Below are positions 31,409 through 42,174 of a DNA stretch of 64,000 bases, in pieces. The notes below the pieces were generated by a model. The model saw only the letters and a program-made list of their open reading frames with translations. It had not been told where the DNA came from and made no database searches. The stretch comes from an uncultured Planctomycetaceae bacterium (GTDB lineage: Bacteria; Planctomycetota; Planctomycetia; Planctomycetales; Planctomycetaceae): contig CAWFGE010000010.1 of the NCBI GenBank assembly GCA_963815195.1, positions 128,001 to 192,000 on the forward strand, given 5' to 3'. Both the position numbers and the translations under genes were made by a program. Position 1 is the first letter of the stretch, and each line of letters starts with the position of its first letter.

Positions 31409-32796
31409 GCAAGAGCGTTCTAATGAATCGTCGCACCTGTTTGAAAGGCGTGGGAGCCTCGCTCGCCTTGCCCCTGTTGGATGCAATGAGTTGGGCGGAG
31501 ACAGCCAAAGGCCAGGCGAATAAACCACCAGTCCGCCTTGGATTCATGTACATGCCCCACGGCGTGATCATGGATCAATTCTGGCCCAAGGACGCGGAGA
31601 GTTTCTTGTCGTCGCCGCCGCCGGCCCTCGAATCGCTGCGCCCCGTACTCGACCAATGCCTATTAGTGAAGGGAATTTCGGGAGTCCCGATCTCTCCTTT
31701 TAATGGGGCGCCTCACGCGTTGGAATTGTCGACGTGGCTCACGGCGACTTTGCCGGACCCCGCCAAACGGAACGAGGTCCAGATTGGGATCTCCGCAGAT
31801 CAGATTGCCGCCAACTATGTGGGAGCCTTCACGACGTTGCCTTCTCTGGAATTGGCCACGATGCCACAAACTTGGAAGGAGAATCAGGAAGGGCTCAACG
31901 AGGCCTATTATTCGCATTGCAGTTTTCGCTCCCCGACCCAGGCCGTCCCTGCGGAAGTCAATCCACGCAACGTGCTCAATCGCTTATTCCACAAGCAGGA
32001 ACGAGGCGGCAAGGGGCGCGAATCGACGCGGATGAATTCTCTCGACCGAAACATGTTGGACCTGGTCCTGGGCGGCGCAAGGGATCTCAGGCGTTCCTTG
32101 TCGCTTCCCGATCAGCGCAAGCTGGACGAGTACTTGGACAGTGTTCGCTCTGTGGAAAGACGCATTGCCGCAATCGAACTCCGTCAAAAAGAGAACGCTT
32201 GGGAGAAAGCGGGGGTTCGAACCAGCAAACAGAGCACCTCAGATTCCCCGCCCATCGAAATCAAAATCCCCGAGGGAGACAAACGCAGTGAATACATGCA
32301 AGTGATGTGCGACCTGAATGTGCTGGCGTTTCAGACAGACACAACTCGCGTCTCGACCTACATCGGCTCGACGCCAAACGGCGTCTCCTATCCGGAACTC
32401 GGATTCAACGACCAGCACCACTCCCAGACCCACCACAACAACGAGCCGAGGAAGGTCAAGAAAGTGGCCGCCATCACGGCGTTTAACATCTCGCAATTTG
32501 CCTACATGGTCAAGAAGATGCACAGCTTGCGGGAAGGCGATGGCACGCTGCTCGACAACTGCATCATGATGTGGGGTTCCGGCCTTGAAGACGGCGACAA
32601 GCACACCCGGGAAAACCTGCCTTTCATCCTTGCAGGAAAGGGAGGCGGTTCGATCAACACAGGCCGCTTCTTAACAAAAACCAAGGGGAATCAAGGCGAC
32701 CTACTCACCACCCTGCTGGCCTGCGCCGGCGTTCCGGTGGACCGCCCGATTGGGATCGCGACCAAACAACTCAAGGAGATCGCCAACAAAGTTTGA
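31405..32796 (+). CDS. DUF1552 family protein
   Basis: [14 protein letters not shown] signal; [41 protein letters not shown]; overlaps the upstream gene. Confidence 0.88.
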   Translation: MSKSVLMNRRTCLKGVGASLALPLLDAMSWAETAKGQANKPPVRLGFMYMPHGVIMDQFWPKDAESFLSSPPPALESLRPVLDQCLLVKGISGVPISPFNGAPHALELSTWLTATLPDPAKRNEVQIGISADQIAANYVGAFTTLPSLELATMPQTWKENQEGLNEAYYSHCSFRSPTQAVPAEVNPRNVLNRLFHKQERGGKGRESTRMNSLDRNMLDLVLGGARDLRRSLSLPDQRKLDEYLDSVRSVERRIAAIELRQKENAWEKAGVRTSKQSTSDSPPIEIKIPEGDKRSEYMQVMCDLNVLAFQTDTTRVSTYIGSTPNGVSYPELGFNDQHHSQTHHNNEPRKVKKVAAITAFNISQFAYMVKKMHSLREGDGTLLDNCIMMWGSGLEDGDKHTRENLPFILAGKGGGSINTGRFLTKTKGNQGDLLTTLLACAGVPVDRPIGIATKQLKEIANKV

Positions 32797-32984
32797 ACTG
32801 GCGGTCACCCCACTCCTGATCGTCGGACAAGGTCACGGCAATGTAGAGGTTGCGACCGGACCCCGAAAAATCACGTACGAACTCTCGGACTCTCTTGGTA
32901 AACAGTACCCGAATCGCCGGACGCGCCATTTTTTGCATGCATCGGAAAACGTGCGAAGATAATTCTCTCCCTCTCTCGCGGCTC

Positions 32985-34019
32985 CTACTTTAAATCCGGT
33001 TTCGCGGGATCTTCGCCGAGTTCCCAGACTTGGACGCCGTCGTAACCCGCCGCGAAAAGATCTTTCGGATCGGCCCCGAAGCAGAACCTGTGGAGATGGC
33101 CCTTGGGCTTGGCTTTGTGGATCGGGGCTTCGGCGTTCAGATCCCAAAACGCCAGGATCCCGCCGCCGTCGCCGCCGCCCGCTGCGATCAACAGCGGCGT
33201 TTCGGCTTGGGAATGAAACGCGACATGGTTGAGCACGGCGTTGTGTTTGTCCTGGCCAGCGAAGGTGCGCTTCTTCTCCCTCCAATCCCAGACTTCCACC
33301 CGGCAGGGACCGACGAAGCCGTCCACATTGGTGACCTGCCCGATGCCCGCAATCGCGAGTTGGGTTCCATCCGCGGAAAATGCCAGCGAGCGAATCCCGC
33401 CGATGGAGCGGACGCGCTTTTTGGGATCGTACGTGTAAAACTCCGGTGCGTGGAAGGAGGCAAGAAGTTTCCCGGCGTCAGCGTCCCAGACCCGCACTTC
33501 GCCGATGCGATCGCCGCTCGCGAGATATTTCCCGTCCTCAGTTGTGGCGATCGCGTATAAAGCCGTTGTGTAACCCTGCGGCGATTGCTGCGGATGGCCT
33601 TCCAACGTGTGAATCGCTTTTCCGGTCCCGGCGTCCCAAATGCGGACGAGCATATCGTCCCCCACGCTGGCGATCTTTGTGCCCTCGGCGAAGGCGACGA
33701 GATCCCGCACCCAACCGTCGTGGGCAGGTTGTCGGCGGAGGATTTTGCCATCGGTCAAACTCGTCCACACCAGTTCGCGGTCGAAGCCGCCCGTAACGAC
33801 CGTCTCCCCCACGATGGCCATTGAGGAGAGATAATTCGCATGCGGCGTGGCGAGGGTTTTCAGTTTGGCTTCTTCTCCTTCGCCTTCGAGAGCGGAGACC
33901 GCGCCGTCCATGCCGCCGGCGAGGAGGCGGTTCGTTTTCGCGTCCCGCGAGATGGCGAAAAGGGCCGAGGGGTGTTCGCAGGTCTTTTGATGTTTCGCGG
34001 TTGTCGGTGTTTTCAGCAT
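32985..34019 (-). CDS. WD40 repeat protein
   Basis: HDGWVRDL...SVGDDMLVRIWD, GH, SGDRIGEVRVWD repeats. Confidence 0.85.
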   Translation of the reverse strand: MLKTPTTAKHQKTCEHPSALFAISRDAKTNRLLAGGMDGAVSALEGEGEEAKLKTLATPHANYLSSMAIVGETVVTGGFDRELVWTSLTDGKILRRQPAHDGWVRDLVAFAEGTKIASVGDDMLVRIWDAGTGKAIHTLEGHPQQSPQGYTTALYAIATTEDGKYLASGDRIGEVRVWDADAGKLLASFHAPEFYTYDPKKRVRSIGGIRSLAFSADGTQLAIAGIGQVTNVDGFVGPCRVEVWDWREKKRTFAGQDKHNAVLNHVAFHSQAETPLLIAAGGGDGGGILAFWDLNAEAPIHKAKPKGHLHRFCFGADPKDLFAAGYDGVQVWELGEDPAKPDLK

Positions 34020-34025
34020 GAGAGA

Positions 34026-35330
34026 TCAGCCCAGAATCGCTTGGATGGGTTTGGCATCTTCCTTGGCGAGCGGCACGGGACGCGGGCCGACGTAATAATG
34101 CTTTTCGGGATCGATGCCCAAGGCTTTGTAAATCGTCGCGGCCACATCGCCGGCATTCGCCTCACCGTCGACGACCGTTTTGCCGTCGGCATCGGTCTTG
34201 CCGTAAATCGTTCCGCCCTTGACGCCGCAGCCGGCCATGACGAACGACCAGGCCGCCGCGTAGTGGTCGCGTCCCATGTCCTTGTTGATCTTGGGTGTGC
34301 GGCCGAATTCCGAAAGCACCAGAACCAGCGTGGAATCCAAAAGCCCCCGCTCCTTGAGATCCGCGAGGAGCACGCTCATCACGTGGTCGAAGTCCGGCAC
34401 GAGTTCCCGATGGCTTTCAAAATTGTCGTGATGGCTGTCCCAAAAGCCCCTCGCCACTTTCACCACCGGCACGCCGGCTTCCAAGAGCCTGCGGGCCAAA
34501 AGTGCCTGCTCGCCGAACTGGGTCCGGCCGTAGCGTTCGCGGACGACTGCGGGCTCGCGGCCCAAGTCAAACAGACGATCCGCCTGCATCAGCCCGCGAA
34601 CCTTGGCATACGCGGAATTGTAGCCTTCCACCAAATCCGCGCCGGCTCGCTGCTCGGAAAACCGCCGGCTGAGCAGGCTTCGCAGTTCCTCGCGGCGGGC
34701 GTGCTGGGACTGGGTGAGTCCCTCCGGAAGATCGATGTTCGCGGGCCTTAACGAATTCTCCAATAAGAGCGGCGCATATTGCCCACCCAGAAAACCCGTG
34801 GCGGGCCGGCGACGGCCTTCGGTGGAAGTAAATAGCGACACATACCCCGGCAGCGGACTGTCGGCGACGGCCAACTCTTTCGCGAGCACCACGCCGATTT
34901 CCGGATATTCGAGGGCGGGTTCTTTGGGCCGGCCCGTGCTGACGAGATCGGCCGCCGGCTCGTGGGCGGAAATCTCGGTGTTGAGCGACCGCACGACGGC
35001 GATTTGATCCATCATCGCCGCCAGCTTGGGCATGAGTTCGCCCGCGTGATAGCCGGGGACCTTGGTGGCGATGGTACGGAACGGCCCGCCGGTCTCCCGG
35101 CCGGGTTTGGGATCCCACATCTCGAACTGGCTCGCTCCGCCCGCCAGCCAGATAAACAGCACCCGCTTGCTTTGCTTTTGGACGGATTGGGATAAGGACG
35201 ATTCCGCCGCGAGGCTCAATCCATCAAACGCCCAAAGCCCCGCCGTCGCCCCGCAGGCTCCGCCCAAAAACGAGCGCCGATGCAGTTGATGTTCGCTGCG
35301 CGGGCAACGCGAATGTTTGAGAGGATTCAT
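34026..35330 (-). CDS. DUF1501 family protein
   Basis: HRRSFLG; LAGGASQFEMWDPKP; ALLARRLLEAGV; WDSH; SEFGRTPKIN..GRDH. Confidence 0.9.
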   Translation of the reverse strand: MNPLKHSRCPRSEHQLHRRSFLGGACGATAGLWAFDGLSLAAESSLSQSVQKQSKRVLFIWLAGGASQFEMWDPKPGRETGGPFRTIATKVPGYHAGELMPKLAAMMDQIAVVRSLNTEISAHEPAADLVSTGRPKEPALEYPEIGVVLAKELAVADSPLPGYVSLFTSTEGRRRPATGFLGGQYAPLLLENSLRPANIDLPEGLTQSQHARREELRSLLSRRFSEQRAGADLVEGYNSAYAKVRGLMQADRLFDLGREPAVVRERYGRTQFGEQALLARRLLEAGVPVVKVARGFWDSHHDNFESHRELVPDFDHVMSVLLADLKERGLLDSTLVLVLSEFGRTPKINKDMGRDHYAAAWSFVMAGCGVKGGTIYGKTDADGKTVVDGEANAGDVAATIYKALGIDPEKHYYVGPRPVPLAKEDAKPIQAILG

Positions 35331-35371
35331 CAAACCCAATCCTTAATGATTGAAACGAAACTCGGCGGTTT

Positions 35372-35512
35372 GGGTGGCTGGGCGCAAATCCCGCTTGGAA
35401 TGAAGCTTGAATTGCGAATACTGGGGCCGTAACCGGGCGAGAAACATCAGACACGGCCCCAGACCTCAAATCTCCTTTTTCCTCGGAATATTCCTTTGCG
35501 CCCCAGCCACCC
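35372..35512. mobile_element. ~141-bp inverted-repeat element, copy 2, inside an insert flanked by an 18-bp direct repeat
   Basis: GGGTGGCTGGGCGCAAA...TTTGCGCCCCAGCCACCC, colinear with 15859-16000; TTAATGATTGAAACGAAA at 35343-35360 and 35542-35559. Confidence 0.8.
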
Positions 35513-35541
35513 CCTCCACTTTTGATTTACCGTTTGAGTAT

Positions 35542-37098
35542 TTAATGATTGAAACGAAATTCCGCGGAGGTCGCCAAGGCCCATACCAACTGCTCCGCGG
35601 TTCGGCTCTGGTCGCCTGCCTGAGACTTGATCCAAGCCGCGAGTTCCTGCTGTTCGTCCGGCCGGGGATCGCGGGTGAAGATCGCCCGCACGGCGACTCG
35701 GGCAAGCTCATTCGCATCCGAAATCTTCGCCAGGCGGGCCGCGAGGTTGTTCCCTTCCGCTTGGAACAGCTTTTGAACGGCGGGGCTGTTCGAGAGGAAC
35801 AAGGCTTCGTCCGCGCTGCTTTGAAACGCGGCGATTCGCGGATCGAGGGCCGATTCCAGGCTGGCGATTTTTTCCTGATCCAATTCGCCGGGCGAGTTCG
35901 TTCCGGTGGCGATCAATAGTGACGCCGCGAGTTGCCGGCGCGTGAGCGGCCGCAAGCGGGCGATCGCGAAGCTCTCGGCATCGGGTTTTGGCGACGCTTC
36001 GCCAAAGCGGCTGTCCAATTGATAGGCCCGGCTGGAAACCATCGCGCGAATCAAGCGTTTGAGGTCGTACGCGTTCGCCGCGAAGTCCTCGGCGAGCCAA
36101 TCCAAAAGCCCCGGCACCCTTGGCACGCTTTCGGAGTGCATCTGATCGACCGGTTCGATCAGCCCGCCCCCGAAGAACTCCGCCCATATGCGGTTCACGA
36201 TCGAGCGGCTGAAAAACACGCGGTCTTCCAAGGCCAACTTCACGAGGCGTTCCCGCCGGCTGATGGCGGGCGGCTTTTGTTTTTGTTTCGGCCGGGCCGC
36301 GAACGCGGGCTCGACGACCTGCCGGCCGGAGAGGAACATCATCGCCGCGGTCCGCTCTTTGCCGTCGCCCGCGAGGAAGGTGACTTCGCCCTCGGTCTTC
36401 TCACCGATTTTGCCGTTGCCTCCGGTCGTGCGGTTGAAGAACGCGACCATGCCGTAGTAATGGTTCTGCGTCCAATCGGCGACCAGGGGATGGTCGTGGC
36501 ATTTCGCGCAGGAAATATCCACGCCGAAGAACACGCGGGCCGCGTCGTTCGCCAGGACATCGCTGGTCTTGGCCCGCTTGTCGAGAAACCGGTTGGCGGG
36601 CTTTTGCTCCGGCTCCTTCCAGGGGCCGAGCATCATCTCCTCGAACATGCGGTCCCAGGGCTTGCCGCCGGCGAGACTCTTTTCGAGCCAGCCGATGAAC
36701 TCCGCATTCCCGGCATACCGGCCCTGAATTATTTGGTCCAACCGGTGCGCAAAATGCCCGGCGAACTCCTCGCCATTGATGAGACGCTCGATCAAGCGGT
36801 CCCGTTTCTTGGGATCGGGGTCGGAGCGAAATTCCTCAAACTCGGCGGGCGTGGGAATCCGGCCGGTCAAATCGAGCATCAGCCGCCTGAGGAACGTCGC
36901 ATCATCCGCCAGACCTGCGGGCTGCATATTTCCCTTCTGCCAATGCGCCCCGAGCACCGCGTCGATCCGTTCCGCGACTCTGTGGGCTGGGGGACGCTCA
37001 TCGGCGAAGAGCGGATCGGCCGCAAGAAGAGCCAAACCGCCGACGATAATCGCGAGAATTGGAAATCGCCAACGTCGAAACACGCGGTGCTCTGTCAC
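35542..37098 (-). CDS. DUF1549/DUF1553 protein
   Basis: DDATFLRRLMLDLTGRIP, CAKCHDHP, VNRIWAEFFG, LLDWLA, C-terminal WAL..SAEFRFNH. Confidence 0.88.
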   Translation of the reverse strand: MTEHRVFRRWRFPILAIIVGGLALLAADPLFADERPPAHRVAERIDAVLGAHWQKGNMQPAGLADDATFLRRLMLDLTGRIPTPAEFEEFRSDPDPKKRDRLIERLINGEEFAGHFAHRLDQIIQGRYAGNAEFIGWLEKSLAGGKPWDRMFEEMMLGPWKEPEQKPANRFLDKRAKTSDVLANDAARVFFGVDISCAKCHDHPLVADWTQNHYYGMVAFFNRTTGGNGKIGEKTEGEVTFLAGDGKERTAAMMFLSGRQVVEPAFAARPKQKQKPPAISRRERLVKLALEDRVFFSRSIVNRIWAEFFGGGLIEPVDQMHSESVPRVPGLLDWLAEDFAANAYDLKRLIRAMVSSRAYQLDSRFGEASPKPDAESFAIARLRPLTRRQLAASLLIATGTNSPGELDQEKIASLESALDPRIAAFQSSADEALFLSNSPAVQKLFQAEGNNLAARLAKISDANELARVAVRAIFTRDPRPDEQQELAAWIKSQAGDQSRTAEQLVWALATSAEFRFNH

Positions 37099-37342
37099 GA
37101 AACGTTCCTCTCATTGCGCGTGGAAAACTCCAACCCTCACAACGGAATCCCATTTCGTAACATTAACATATTCCGATGCGAAATGGCCACTGTGAATCGC
37201 GATTTTGCATCGTGGCGGGGAATCCGTGTCGCCTTATGTTAAAATGGCGCTATCTCCTTAAAACGCCTTCGGTCATATTCAAAATGCCCCAGCGTCAGGC
37301 CGCCGAATCTGAATGCCCCGTCGAAAGCAAGACCCCGCAACG

Positions 37343-37864
37343 ATGCTCAATCTTCGTCGGCTCATCGAGACCATTCTCGATCAATACGCTTTAATGCCGG
37401 AGGAGATCCACGGCGTGGCTCATTGGGCACGGGTCTTGGAAAACGGTCTTCGGCTCGCCCAAACGACGGGGGCCAATGTGGAGGTCGTCCAACTTTTTTC
37501 CGTTTTCCATGATTCCAAGCGGGAAAACGAAGGCTCTGACCCCGATCATGGTCAGCGCGGAGCGGATTTCGCCCTGTCGCTGCGGGGAGACCTGTTCGAA
37601 TTGGGAGATGACGATTTTCATCGGTTGTACAAAGCTTGTGCGGGGCATACGCACGAAGCCACGCATCCCGACATCACGATCCAAACTTGCTGGGATGCGG
37701 ACCGGTTGGACCTGGGACGAGTGGGCATCAAACCGCACCCCGGGCGTCTTTGCACGGAGGAAGCCAGGAAACCGGAAACGATCCGCTGGGCACACCACCG
37801 GGCGTGTGCCTCCGTTGTGCCGGATTGGGTTTCAGAAGCGTGGGGAATCGAGTTGTCCTGGTGA
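37343..37864 (+). CDS. HD-domain phosphohydrolase-like protein
   Basis: IHGVAHWARV, FHDSKR, DHG, HT, CWDADRLDL. Confidence 0.75.
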   Translation: MLNLRRLIETILDQYALMPEEIHGVAHWARVLENGLRLAQTTGANVEVVQLFSVFHDSKRENEGSDPDHGQRGADFALSLRGDLFELGDDDFHRLYKACAGHTHEATHPDITIQTCWDADRLDLGRVGIKPHPGRLCTEEARKPETIRWAHHRACASVVPDWVSEAWGIELSW

Positions 37865-37913
37865 AGGAAAACTCAAGCCGTCGTGGATCATCGCATGGGC
37901 CGTTTGTCGGCGA

Positions 37914-40900
37914 TCAGGCGGCGCGGCGTTTGGACTGCTGAGACGAGCGAGCGGTGGAGCCGGCGACTTGGGACCCGGCGTCGTCCGCTTCCGATGACTG
38001 ATCTGCCTCCGCACCTGCCCCGCGGCCGGAGAGGAACGTCAGGATCGCCGGCAGCGTGACCAGCGACACGAACAGGCAACTGCCCACGCCGATGACCAGC
38101 ACGAGGCCGACGCTCGAGAGTCCGCGGTGGGCCGCGACCATCATGCTCCCAAAGCCGATCATGCTTGTCAGCGAAGTCAAAACGATGGCGTTCGTCGTGC
38201 TGGAGGAGGTGCGGTAGCGTCCGCTTTGCAGGCGGAAGTCGTGGACCACGTGCACGCCGTCGTCCACGCCGATCCCCAAAATCAAAGGCAGCACGATGAG
38301 GTTGGCCGGGTTCAAATCGAGATGGCACATCCCCAGGATGCCGAACATCATCAGCGCCCCCGCGACGGGCGGGAGCATGGCGAGCACGGCGTCCCGCAGG
38401 TTGCGGAAATCCAGGATCGCCGCGATTGCGGTGGCCATCAAGATATAGGACCCCGCCAAGAGCAGCGGGCTGACTTGAATTCGCCGCGTTTGCAGCATCA
38501 TAAACGCGAACACCACCACGGCCAAAGGCGGCCCCAGCACCAGGAGCTTATGCTCCCGGCTCAGAAAGTCGACCAGCAGCACCAGGCAAATCATCGCCAA
38601 CGCATACAGCGAAGCCGTCTGATAGCTGTCGCGAATCTGGCGGGAGGCTTCGAAGTTTTGCAGCGGCGTCCCCGTCACGTTGGGATCGACCGTCCGCACG
38701 TCGTTCACGAACCGCGTGAGCGGCTCCACGTCCCAAATTTGCTCCTTGGGATAAATCTGCAAAAGCCATTGCCCTTGGTCGTTGACGAAACGGTTGGCGA
38801 GTTCCCTCGGCATGTCGGCCCATGTGAGCGGACTGAAATCCGTCGCCGATCCGATCGCCTGGAGCTGCCGCCAGAGCGCCATCGAAGACCGCATTTGATA
38901 ACCTGTCAACACCTCCGTCTGGGAGCGGAGCGACATCGTTTCAAAGCGGTCCAGAAAGCGGTCGATCGAGCGGCCGGCTTCGCGGGCATTGTCGGAATTG
39001 GCTCGGCGGAGCGTGGCGAGCAGATCCTCGAAGGCCCGTCCCACCGCCGCGGGATTCATCAAAGGCGGCTGAGTCGGCGGCGGCGCCAACCGGCCGAGTT
39101 GAGCCCGATATGAGCGGATGTAAGGCAAGGTCGTTTGATGGGGAGCCGCCGGCAGCCGCGACGCCAATTCCTCCACCCGCTGCACCGTGGGCAGGGCTTC
39201 AAATTTTTGTTTGAGCCGGCGGGCTTCATCGGGCGTGTTGGCGATCGACACCGCGAACAAAAGCGAATCGTTCGCCTGCCCGAACACGCGTTTTTGCACC
39301 TCGACCGACTCCAAACCGTCGGCCTGCAGGTTGAGCAAATTGTAATCGTAGCGGATCTGCGACTTCGGCCCGCCCTCGGCGTTCCAATCCATAATCTCGC
39401 GCCCAGGCCCACGATTAATAGCGCGGAAAGAATCATCACCAGCCGGGGAAAACGGGAGGTGATTCCCCGCACGAGATGCCCGTCGAACGGAGTGGGCAGT
39501 TTTCGCGGCTCGACGTTTTGATCGGACAGGGAAACAAGCGCCGGCAGCACGATGAACGTCGCCACGCCGCACAAGAGAATCCCGCCGCCCGCAATAATCC
39601 CCAGTTCCGCCACGCCCAGGAACTGCGTGAAGGTCGCGCAGAAAAACGCCAACGCCGTGGTAAGGGCCGCGGTGACAATCCCCGAACCGACGCTCGTGGA
39701 CGTTTCCCGCAGGGCCGGCCTCAGCAACTGCCCTTGATGGCGAAGCTCCAGATACCGCGCCAGGTAATGAATCGCAAAATCGATCCCCAACCCGATCAAA
39801 ATCACCGCGAAGGAGATCGAGAGGATATTCAGATGCCCGACGACGAGCGTCGTATATCCGAAGGTCCAGGCCATGCCCACAAGAAGCATCAACAGTCCGA
39901 GGAGCGGATGCCGAAACCCGCGAAACCCGATAAAGAGCAACACGCCCACGCCGATGAAGGAAATCACCGAGGCGAGCGTCATGTCCGATTGGGAGCGGCG
40001 CATTTCGTCGTTTTCGAGAACTGGGATCCCCGTCACGCCGATCTTCACGTCCGGGTGCTTCTCGGACACCTGGGCGATCAATTCGCGAATGCGGTCCACC
40101 GCCCGCGAGTCGCCGTTGAAGTCGTCTTTCTGATCGGGCGTCGGCACGACTTTCAGAAAGCCCATCGTGCCCTGGTTGTTCAGAAAATAATTCGACTCGT
40201 CCGTGAAGGCCGCGAGCGACGCGCTGCCGGGGATGATCTCGGGCCAAGGGGATTGGAATTGGTCCGGCTTATTCAAAAACCCGCTGAGGCTGCCCGCCAG
40301 CCGGCCGGCGCGCTCGATGGCGGCGTTTCGCGCATCGGCATTGGCGGACGCGAGGGCGCTCCGCAGCCGGTAATCGGTCATCCGCACCGCGTAATCGAGG
40401 CGAGCTTCTTCCCAGCGGCCTTGGACGACCGACCGGTAATCGCTCAAGCGGTTGAGCCCGGCCGCCAATTGTTCCGGGCGAAAGTATTGAAGCCCTTTTT
40501 GCCTCAAGGACTTGGTGTCGGCTTTGAACAGAATGTTCGTAAACAAGCCCGGTTCGCGGGCCAGGCGTCCCCCGAGATTTTCAAGCGCGGCTTTGATCGG
40601 TCCCGGTTCCGCTCCTTCGACGAGCACCACAATGTCGGAGCTGTCGCCGAAGGACTCCGTGTATTCCATCCAGCGTTTGTGGAAATCGGCTTCGGGATCG
40701 ATCAGGTCCGAGCGCTGGGTGTGGAATTTCAAACAACACGCCGTGTACCCCGCCGCCGCGCAGGAAATTAGCAGGACGAAGCACAATGTCAGCCGGGGGC
40801 TTCGCGAGCTGAGGCGCGTAATCAGCCGCAACGCATCGCTGAGCAGCGACCCGGCGGCGCGTTTGGGGTTGGTGTGCTGCGGGGAATCGTGCGAGTGCAT
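37914..40900 (-). CDS. MMPL/RND transporter (HpnN-like); single-base frameshift near 39397
   Basis: Two RND repeats (VTGIPVL...ILIGLGIDFAIH...LTT; TGTP...PLILGIGVDDGVH...TSLTS) split across two frames. Adding one base gives LGAxIMDWNAEGG. Confidence 0.8.
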
Positions 40901-41371
40901 CCGTGCCCACGTAATCCCGTCTATTAGGAGAGGTGAAACCCCTCATTGGTTGTAAGTGGTGGAGTCGAACGACTCGTTTCTGAAAAGGAAACCGCCTGAA
41001 AATGTGGGATGCGGGACTGGAGATTCGTGAGAAAGCCCCCCAAACATCAGGCGACGCCCAGTTTATGAAAAAATGGCCTTCGTGGATTCATCGGGTTTCC
41101 ATCAGGGATTTCTCGATCAAAACTCCCCCACCTGCCCAAACGCGGTTCAAGTCGGGCGGGTTGTGCGGGCAATTCTTGCATACTTCGACCGCCATTTTTT
41201 CAATCGGCGGGATTCTACTCCAGGTCCTTCCGATGGGGCAAGACCGACTGGCCGGGGAATTAACCTCTTGCAGAATAAAGATTTAACGCCGAACGAAGCT
41301 CTGCCAGGGGTTTTCATGGCCCAAAGCGCCCGCGAGGGATTCCCAAATCCGTCCCTCGCTTCCGCTTCGGG

Positions 41372-42040
41372 CTAATCACCTCTTGACGATTTTTGTTTGA
41401 TCGCGGCCTGCGCGCGGAGGGCCGCCGTGCGGACATCCTCATCCCGGCTCCCGGCCGCGCGGCTCAATGCGGGAAGAGCGGATTTCGCGGGCGGGCCGAT
41501 CTTCTCAAGAACTTTGATGGCTTGAAGTTGCACCAAAGTCTGCGGAGCCGATAGGGCCTCGGTCAACGCCGGCACCGCCTCGGCCGCGGCCGGTCCCAAC
41601 TGCCCCAACGCGACGATCGAGCGGACTTCATATTTCCGCGCGGCAGCCGCCAGCACGGGCACCGGAGCCGGGTTTTCCGGGGCAATCCCCGCCAGCGCAA
41701 ACGCCGCCGCCAGCCGGACTCGCTCGTCCTCGTCCTTTAACCGTTTTTCCAGCGCGGGCACCGCCTGGTTCGCCTTCGGGCCGAGCTTGCCCAAATCATA
41801 CGCGGCCAGCCGGCGGGTGTCGGCATCCGGAGCACCCAAGGCCCCGATGAGGTGTGGGATAGATTCGGAAATATCCCCAGGCATCTCGCCCAACCGCCGG
41901 GCCGCCGCCTGCCGAACGGCCGGGTCCTCGCTTTGAAGCTGCCGATTGGCGTCCGAAACGGGGTCGCTGCAGCCCGCGGCGAGGACGAAACCGATCGCGA
42001 GCCCCCAGGCCGGGGTGGGAATCTTCGTCCATTGTGACAT
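41372..42040 (-). CDS. HEAT-repeat lipoprotein
   Basis: Lipobox LAAG/C; repeats [31 protein letters not shown]. Confidence 0.8.
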   Translation of the reverse strand: MSQWTKIPTPAWGLAIGFVLAAGCSDPVSDANRQLQSEDPAVRQAAARRLGEMPGDISESIPHLIGALGAPDADTRRLAAYDLGKLGPKANQAVPALEKRLKDEDERVRLAAAFALAGIAPENPAPVPVLAAAARKYEVRSIVALGQLGPAAAEAVPALTEALSAPQTLVQLQAIKVLEKIGPPAKSALPALSRAAGSRDEDVRTAALRAQAAIKQKSSRGD

Positions 42041-42174
42041 GGGTTAAGTTCCGCGGGCCCGCAAAAATCCAAATGCGTACGGTCCGCTACTGGATTCTGG
42101 GGCGAAGTTTGCTAAAACAAAGCCTTTGGTCAGGGATAAACACCTCCGCTCTATTATGCAAGGAAGACGAAACG

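Noticed and set aside
40957..40975. Minus-strand GTTCGACTCCACCA resembling a tRNA/tmRNA 3' end or att site
   Set aside because: No acceptor-stem spacing or cloverleaf and no integrase; it is a simple hairpin.
42034..42174. N-terminal extension of the transaldolase ORF
   Set aside because: Overlaps the divergent HEAT gene start; homology-like sequence and an SD point to ATG 42175.
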